Source: an uncultured Lachnospiraceae bacterium (GTDB lineage: Bacteria; Bacillota; Clostridia; Lachnospirales; Lachnospiraceae). From it: 64,000 nucleotides of DNA. A program made the position numbers and the translations under genes. The notes below the pieces were generated by a model. That model was not told the DNA's origin. It made no database searches and saw only the letters and a list, made by a program, of their open reading frames with translations. Positions 58,351-64,000 of this stretch are shown here, piece after piece. Where the stretch lies: positions 15,030 through 79,029 of the forward strand of contig CAYJHQ010000004.1 of assembly GCA_964369775.1 (NCBI GenBank), in the 5' to 3' direction. The number at the start of each line of letters is the position of its first letter. Within the stretch, counting starts at the first letter, position 1.

Positions 58351-59514
58351 TTATTTCTTTGCATACACATTCCATGAAAACCTATCACAGATCACCCCTA
58401 AATCTACCTCACGCCCACAGCAGGAGCATACTTCCTTTGTGTTGCTGTCTGGAAAGCAAGAAATACGAGTGATTCCAATATAACTGCCACAATCAGCACA
58501 ATTATACTGATTTTCGCATCTCAATAAACCATCAAGATAAAGTGCATTCAGTATATGTGCCACATCAACCACCTTTATTGATAAATTGTAGGCTATGTCA
58601 CTAGCCGAATACCACCTCTTTTGAAGCTCATCATGCTCAAAAATATTCCAAACTGTTTGCGCTAATTCTTTGTTACGGTATTTTTGGAGTACAATGTCAG
58701 CAACCTTTCTAAAATCACTAACAATGTGATCCGGTCTGATTGCTCGTCGTTCTATACGACGCTTTAGCACCATATCGTGATTGAAATCTGCGCGGCTCCA
58801 AGATGAAATTTTCAGCAAATTTTGATAAGTTTCATCGCATACATACTCTGCATTCACCCTAATAGAAGTAATTTCCGCCTCTGACGCCATAAGAATATCC
58901 TTTGTCATGCTATCGCCAATATATATTGTCTCGGATGGCAATACATCTTCATTGGCGCAAATGTAAAGCAGAGCCTTATAATCAGGCTTTTTTGTTTGCA
59001 ATTGTCTCATTATAGAACATTTCGGACCAAAACTCCCTCGCACACCTACAGCATGATAGATTTCAGTGAAATAGTTATAGATGCCAAGATGGTGCAGTTT
59101 TCGCATAGCAGCTCCACTAGAAGATTCTGTGAATGCTACAACTCTCACACCTTGCTCTGTAAGTTCTTGCAATGTTTCTTTTACACCTGGATAAAGTTTC
59201 AATTTTTCCTTTTGCACTGCCTGAAATGCCTTTATAGCATTCTCTACAGCATCTTTGAAATCCTCCATATCTGTAAATCTTTGATGTAGCAATGGCAATT
59301 GTTTAATTGCATTTCTGATTTCTTCCATTTCTCCTGATCCCACATGAAGCTGACGAAACTCCTCTTTTACCTCATCTTTGCTGACAGTGCAAACAAAAGA
59401 CAAGTAATCAACCAGGCTGTCAACTAATGCCTCAAATGCTGGAACAAAATAATTCTCCCATGAGTATAGTGTACCGTCTAAATCTGTGATTACTAATTTT
59501 ACTTTTTTGTTCAT
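58351..59514 (-). CDS. HAD-superfamily hydrolase with C-terminal Cys4 zinc-finger domain
   Basis: Motif I ITDLDGTL, later IGDSMTKD. C-terminal CADCG...CSCCG. Confidence 0.6.
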   Translation of the reverse strand: MNKKVKLVITDLDGTLYSWENYFVPAFEALVDSLVDYLSFVCTVSKDEVKEEFRQLHVGSGEMEEIRNAIKQLPLLHQRFTDMEDFKDAVENAIKAFQAVQKEKLKLYPGVKETLQELTEQGVRVVAFTESSSGAAMRKLHHLGIYNYFTEIYHAVGVRGSFGPKCSIMRQLQTKKPDYKALLYICANEDVLPSETIYIGDSMTKDILMASEAEITSIRVNAEYVCDETYQNLLKISSWSRADFNHDMVLKRRIERRAIRPDHIVSDFRKVADIVLQKYRNKELAQTVWNIFEHDELQKRWYSASDIAYNLSIKVVDVAHILNALYLDGLLRCENQYNCADCGSYIGITRISCFPDSNTKEVCSCCGREVDLGVICDRFSWNVYAKK

Positions 59515-59585
59515 TTTATCTTCCTCCTAAAATTGTTTTTCAAAAGGAATATGTGGAATTAAGGTAAAAAAGTATGCAAAAAGGC

Positions 59586-59598
59586 GGAACTCAGTTCC
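59586..59598. promoter_or_regulatory. element palindrome copy 20
   Basis: GGCGGAACTCAGTTCCGCC (19-bp palindrome). Confidence 0.6.
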
Positions 59599-59612
59599 GC
59601 CTTCTACCTCTC

Positions 59613-60035
59613 TTATTCAACCGCGTTCAAGTCAGCTAATCGAAACACAATACCTCTGCAATACTTCTCGCCATCTTCTAGTACAGAGAAATACTCAGCT
59701 TCAATGTCCTCTGCAAATTCGAACATCCAAGGATATTCCCCATTCCCATACTCGCACTTTAGTGGCACTCCAGCCTTTTTAAGTTCGCGATAATATTTGC
59801 AGTGACCGCATTCCTCATCTCGGTCTTCCATAACGCCACATTTTGTCAACAATATAGTACTTGGATTATAGCAATCCACTTCATCTTCGATCGCCCCTCG
59901 AAGCTCTACTAAGTCATCCGAAGCCCCAAAGACAACCACTAATCCATTTGATTTGGCTTCTCTTTCTAAATCCTCTGTCATTTCTTGTCTGTACTCGCAG
60001 CCATCTAGTTGTCTTGCTAATTCTTTAATGTCCAT
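59613..60035 (-). CDS. hypothetical Cys-containing protein (140 aa)
   Basis: ORF with 15-mer/leader upstream. Confidence 0.45.
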   Translation of the reverse strand: MDIKELARQLDGCEYRQEMTEDLEREAKSNGLVVVFGASDDLVELRGAIEDEVDCYNPSTILLTKCGVMEDRDEECGHCKYYRELKKAGVPLKCEYGNGEYPWMFEFAEDIEAEYFSVLEDGEKYCRGIVFRLADLNAVE

Positions 60036-60380
60036 TTACGTACCATCCTTTTTTTCTTTAATATGGCAAATCACAAGCCTTTATCGTATCCCCAAAAAGA
60101 CTTTTATATCCCAGACTCATCGGGGTTTCACGCTCTTCATTGTTTAATCTAGTATCTTTCTTAGAAAAACAAAACCACTACTTTCTCAAGTAGTGGCCTG
60201 TTCAAAAAAATGGATGCGTGCTCTGCGCACCCGTAAAAGAAATCTGGCGATATCGCCATTCAAGATAATATTATGAAATTATTCATAAAAATTATTTCCA
60301 ACACTAATATGCAGAATTTCCTAAATATAAAAATTGTTTTTTTGATTTGTATATTTATTTTTTTAAATTCGTAGAAAAAC

Positions 60381-60393
60381 GGAACTGAGTTCC
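60381..60393. promoter_or_regulatory. element palindrome copy 21
   Basis: CGGAACTGAGTTCCA. Confidence 0.6.
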
Positions 60394-60403
60394 ACTTCTC
60401 TTG

Positions 60404-60919
60404 CTACCTCTCCCCATTTGTGAAAGCCTGTACTGATGTTTTTACCTCGTTTCCAGCCATATCTATAAGCACTTGTCGCACATTCGAGTCTATAAACCCT
60501 TGCTCATGATGCTCGTACTCTCCATCTGCTATAACAACCTCATAGCTAGTCACTCCGCTTTCTGCCTCTGCTACAAACTCATGAGTCGCCCCAAAGGAAG
60601 AACCATGATAATTTAGCTCTACACCAGATTTATCTATCAAATCAATATCCATAGTGTATGTTTCGCCTGGAACTAACCCTGAATACGTATATTCATACAC
60701 AACGGCGACATCTTTCGCCTCCTCTGATTCATGCTCATGTTCATGCGAATGCTCTTCTTCGTGACTATGCTCAGCTTCTGTTGCTACCGACCCTGAATCA
60801 CTTCCACCACACGCTGTTAGGCCAACCGCCATCCCAGCAATTATAATAGCCATAGCAGCGACCTTTCCTTTTATTATCATTTCTTTCTCAATAATTTGGA
60901 TTAATGTTTTCACTTTCAT
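60404..60919 (-). CDS. lipoprotein with His/Glu-rich metal-binding stretch
   Basis: Lipobox GLTACGG. EAEHSHEEEHSHEHEHESEE. AGGAG RBS. Confidence 0.55.
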   Translation of the reverse strand: MKVKTLIQIIEKEMIIKGKVAAMAIIIAGMAVGLTACGGSDSGSVATEAEHSHEEEHSHEHEHESEEAKDVAVVYEYTYSGLVPGETYTMDIDLIDKSGVELNYHGSSFGATHEFVAEAESGVTSYEVVIADGEYEHHEQGFIDSNVRQVLIDMAGNEVKTSVQAFTNGER

Positions 60920-61107
60920 TTTTAAACTCCTACTCTCTTTCTAATTTTCGTCCTTGACTATTGTATTATACCTCATGGTGAAAGACTACTTATTTTTGCA
61001 CGGAAGTTGTTTTTGGCAATTTACATATGAACAAAATCGCTACCTATTTCTCACAATATATAATATCGCATCTATGTCCTCTGCGGTGACTTCCAACTCT
61101 CATGAGC

Positions 61108-61120
61108 GGAACTGAGTTCC
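61108..61120. promoter_or_regulatory. element palindrome copy 22
   Basis: CGGAACTGAGTTCCA. Confidence 0.6.
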
Positions 61121-61143
61121 ACCTCTCCTCATTGATTTCTTCT

Positions 61144-61539
61144 TTACAAAACTTTGTATACTGATATTGTTGTATCAGCTGACACATTCTCAAATCCACA
61201 ACATTCGCATTCGAAAGAGTGTGGCATCTCGCCTGCCGCGTCGTAACACTCTGATGTTGAACGATGACACTTGCAACATATTGGTTTGTAATAACGCTTT
61301 AGCACTCCATATTCTTCTAGAGTCTTAAGCAGCTTATATGCCTGATCTGCGTCAATTTTCACCAACCTTTGGATAACGGATAGATACAACCACATGCCCT
61401 TCTTGTAGTGAGCCGATAGAGCTTCGAATCGTTTATAGCTCTTGCTCTTACTCGATCCCAATACCTCTTTGATTTTTTCTTGTAATACATTGTTTGTTAA
61501 TGCTGCATCACGCACCTCTATCCTCCTTATCTGCCTCAA
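61144..61539 (-). CDS. winged-helix + zinc-ribbon small protein (TTG start)
   Basis: CCKCHR...CECCGF cysteines; basic helix region. Confidence 0.4.
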   Translation of the reverse strand: MRQIRRIEVRDAALTNNVLQEKIKEVLGSSKSKSYKRFEALSAHYKKGMWLYLSVIQRLVKIDADQAYKLLKTLEEYGVLKRYYKPICCKCHRSTSECYDAAGEMPHSFECECCGFENVSADTTISVYKVL

Positions 61540-61987
61540 CCTCTGTAAACACTATATTCTCACCTTCCACATCAGCCACCAATACACCCTCTGCCTCTAT
61601 TGCTCCATCTAAGCTAATTGAATCACCAACCTCAATAGATTCAATTGAAGTGGCGGTGTATTTGACTCCATTTTCGCTAACAAACTCTGAGCCCTCTTCG
61701 CCCACGCCTATGCAAATCAATTGCTCCTGAAATCCTTCTTTTTCTTCTTTAACATTTTCTACCACAACTTCTTGCTCCGTCATCGGATTTGGCTTTGGAA
61801 TAAAGCACAAAGCTAGAAACACAATCGCAAATCCAACTGCTAATCTGAGAGTGCCTAAGCTAAAACGCCCATCTTGATAACCTGGTATCACCATACACAC
61901 AGTTGCAACGAAAAGAATTGTCATCAAAGCATAAAATGGCTTGAGTTCCCAAGCGGCCTGATGTATTATCGCTATAATATCAGTCAT
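61508..61987 (-). CDS. membrane protein (159 aa)
   Basis: Three N-terminal TM helices. ATGA overlap with DUF2130-like gene. Confidence 0.5.
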   Translation of the reverse strand: MTDIIAIIHQAAWELKPFYALMTILFVATVCMVIPGYQDGRFSLGTLRLAVGFAIVFLALCFIPKPNPMTEQEVVVENVKEEKEGFQEQLICIGVGEEGSEFVSENGVKYTATSIESIEVGDSISLDGAIEAEGVLVADVEGENIVFTEVEADKEDRGA

Positions 61988-63315
61988 TATTCTACCTCCT
62001 TTAGTTCTTCAAATTTAGCAATCATAGTTGGATTGCCTTTTGTTAATTTCTTAATTGTTAAATCCTCAGCCTTCTTATTCGCCAATCTTAGATTATCCTC
62101 TGATGATAACAATGCTTTCTTTGTTTTTTCTAAGTGGTCAATTGTTTTATCAATCTCATTGATGGCTGCTTGGAATTTCTCACTAGCCAATCTATAATTA
62201 CGCCCAAACTTACTCTTGAAGTCATTCATTTGATCCTCAAAGTTAGAGATATCAATGTTTTGATTTTGTATTTCTGCTAATTGCTCCTTGCATTCCGCTG
62301 AATTCTTTGCTGCGTTTCGAAGCAAGGTAATCATTGGAATAAAGAACTGAGGACGAATAACATACATCTTAGGATATTTATGAGACACATCTACGATTCC
62401 ATTGTTATAATAATCATTATCCTTTTCTAACATAGAAACTAAGATTGCGTACTCGCATCCCTTTTCTCGCCTATCCTTATCAAGCTCTTTAAAGAAATCC
62501 TCGTTTTTCTTTTTTGTAGCCGTCTCGTCTGCTTCATTCTTCATCTCAAACATGATTGAAATAAGCTCGGATCCATTTTCTGTAAAGTCTTTAAATATAA
62601 AATCTCCCTTGCTTCCGGTGCGTGCGTCATTATCTTTTTCGAAATAGGCAGTAGGGAATCCTACATGGCGAACTTGATTGAATGACAGCTCGCAGTGCTG
62701 CTCTAATGTCTCTCCTATCATCTTTGTAGATTGTTTCGCCTTTAAGTCTCTATAAAAGCTGATTTGTTCATCTTTCTCTGCCAGCTTGTCTTTGTAGCCA
62801 TCCTCAAGCATCTTTACTTTTAGTTCATTCGCTGATGCAAGGCTTTTGCTTTCATATTGCAAGGAAGTAATCTCCTTTTCCTTTTCAGAAATAGCCGCTT
62901 GCCCCTTCAATTGCTCTGCATTAATCGCTAATTCCTTTTGATACTCCGCCTGCTCTAGTTTGCTTTTTAGTTTTTCAATCTCTGAACGAAGATCCGCGGT
63001 GCTCTTGTCTAGGTTTGCCTTAGCCGTCGCTTTTTCTAGCTCAATCTTGCTGACACTTTCCTTTTGCGCACCCTCTATTTGCGATTTTAGGCGCTCTATT
63101 TCTGCATTTGACTCTGCTAAGCTCTTTTCTAAGTAGGCTTTTGCATTGGCTTTCACCACCTCTACCTCTTTGCCAGCAGCAGCCTTTAACAATTCCTCTC
63201 TTTCTTTTAATTCCTTTTGAAATTCCACATTTTTAATTTGCTCCACAATGGCGATATAACCTGATTCATCTACTGTAAATGCTTCGCCACATTTAGGGCA
63301 TTTAATTTCACTCAT
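61987..63315 (-). CDS. DUF2130-like coiled-coil protein with N-terminal CxxC and C-terminal nuclease-like domain
   Basis: [13 protein letters not shown] zinc ribbon, long coiled coil, conserved C-terminal block ...GDFIFKDF...[12 protein letters not shown]... Confidence 0.6.
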   Translation of the reverse strand: MSEIKCPKCGEAFTVDESGYIAIVEQIKNVEFQKELKEREELLKAAAGKEVEVVKANAKAYLEKSLAESNAEIERLKSQIEGAQKESVSKIELEKATAKANLDKSTADLRSEIEKLKSKLEQAEYQKELAINAEQLKGQAAISEKEKEITSLQYESKSLASANELKVKMLEDGYKDKLAEKDEQISFYRDLKAKQSTKMIGETLEQHCELSFNQVRHVGFPTAYFEKDNDARTGSKGDFIFKDFTENGSELISIMFEMKNEADETATKKKNEDFFKELDKDRREKGCEYAILVSMLEKDNDYYNNGIVDVSHKYPKMYVIRPQFFIPMITLLRNAAKNSAECKEQLAEIQNQNIDISNFEDQMNDFKSKFGRNYRLASEKFQAAINEIDKTIDHLEKTKKALLSSEDNLRLANKKAEDLTIKKLTKGNPTMIAKFEELKEVE

Positions 63316-63453
63316 TAATTTTTCCTCCTAGTATTATTTTTCTATTTTTAATATGCTTGAAATTTTCTATCTCGCAAAAATAATTTTATCAACTTTTAGG
63401 AATTTCCTATTTTTGCACGGAAGTCAAAAAAAAGAAGGCTCTCGCCCTCTCTT

Positions 63454-63804
63454 CTAACAACTCCAGCCCTCATCAGTGCAGATTGTTTTTCCTTCTAAAA
63501 ATTGTTTGTGTATAGCTTGATATCTCGCTTTCAGCTCACCATTGCTCTTCTCGATTCCGTTCTCTAGGAAAGCTTGCGCATTTTCTTTGCGACTCCATGT
63601 TTCTGTTACGCCACAGAGTGTCATGGTGACGCTATCTGAAACTTGCTTCCCGATAAAATCTACCTCTGCAAAATCCTCATCGGTAAGAATTGTTTCACAA
63701 TTGCTATATTGATCTTCCACGATCTCTTCGGCGGCCTCCACAGACTCTGCCTCAACAATTACGCATTTCACCAATTTTTCTACAATTTTTACTTCCACTT
63801 TCAT
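63454..63804 (-). CDS. hypothetical protein (116 aa)
   Basis: Leader AGGAGGAAGAGCA. Confidence 0.45.
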   Translation of the reverse strand: MKVEVKIVEKLVKCVIVEAESVEAAEEIVEDQYSNCETILTDEDFAEVDFIGKQVSDSVTMTLCGVTETWSRKENAQAFLENGIEKSNGELKARYQAIHKQFLEGKTICTDEGWSC

Positions 63805-64000
63805 TGCTCTTCCTCCTAATTGTTAATTTATTCAGTAGAAATATGACAAAAGGTGCAAAAAAAGACAGGCTAATGCCTGCCTAGTCCTCAAAAAAATCAT
63901 CTATGTCTCTAAGCAAGTACAAGCATCTCCCGAGATAGCCTGTCATTTGCCCCAGCCCTGCTATCTTATTTGATATGGATATGGAAAACACATCCTCGGT

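Larger units (their letters stand above)
20168..64000. mobile_element. integrated mobile element (ICE/prophage-like island); left end at tRNA fragment + integrase, right end beyond window
   Basis: Adjacent tyrosine integrase. All downstream ORFs are co-oriented cassettes with element-specific repeated terminator/palindrome/promoter modules absent from the first 20 kb. Confidence 0.7.

Noticed and set aside
20351-64000. Integron (integrase + array of same-orientation cassettes with conserved inter-cassette repeats)
   Set aside because: Integrase is a generic phage-type tyrosine recombinase convergent with the cassettes, not divergent IntI with attI/Pc. Cassettes carry their own promoters and terminators. 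The repeated element is a short perfect palindrome, not an R''-L''...L'-R' attC.

Overview
This 64-kb window comes from a low-GC Firmicute (Clostridia-like) chromosome. The first 20 kb is ordinary core genome; the rest is a large integrated mobile element.

Core region (1 to about 20.1 kb):
- The 5' end of a giant cell-surface protein gene on the minus strand runs off the window start.
- tRNA-Thr is followed by a TPP riboswitch controlling thiW-thiM-thiE.
- A TlpA-like thioredoxin lipoprotein is followed by a 4Fe-4S membrane protein.
- The conserved Firmicute block sigH - rlmB - mrnC - cysS - cysE sits on the minus strand, with a T-box leader upstream of cysE.
- These are followed by a GNAT acetyltransferase, ispF, tRNA-Met and tRNA-Val, topoisomerase III (topB) and a DUF975-like membrane protein.

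Mobile element (about 20.17 kb to the window end, at least 44 kb, right end not reached):
- It starts at a tRNA 3'-fragment (att-like site) followed by a tyrosine integrase.
- About 50 mostly small ORFs follow, all on the minus strand and converging on the integrase.
- Each ORF is its own cassette with the same layout: a near-identical rho-independent terminator (GAGAGC..GCTCTC + T-run), a perfect palindrome TTGGAACTSAGTTCCAA (22 copies, element-specific), a CATATT box, and a conserved A/T-rich leader ending in AGGAGGA.
- A second conserved 15-mer (CTTCCGTGCAAAAAT, 7 copies) marks a subset of promoters.

Element cargo includes:
- an orphan beta-class N6A/N4C DNA methyltransferase;
- an ArdC-like HExxH protein;
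- RNase HI;
- a flotillin/SPFH protein;
- a GGDEF-EAL membrane protein;
- a nucleotidyltransferase-fold protein;
- SLOG/DUF2493;
- a P-loop kinase-CYTH fusion;
- a HAD hydrolase with a zinc-finger tail;
- a DUF2130-like coiled-coil protein;
- two sortase-substrate-like adhesins (DUF11 repeats; Cna-B fold) with a non-canonical C-terminal sorting tail.

The most striking feature is a 436-aa reverse transcriptase gene (motifs FDSV, QG...S, YSDD). It is followed immediately 3' by a 1.2-kb tandem array of 7-8 units of about 150 bp. Each unit has a conserved 24-nt promoter-like box, sometimes a CACWGTG heptamer palindrome, and a unique GC-rich perfect hairpin. This looks like an RT-associated multi-ncRNA or template array of a kind I do not recognise.

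One ORF in the supplied track (27196..28035) is labelled + but only translates correctly on the minus strand.
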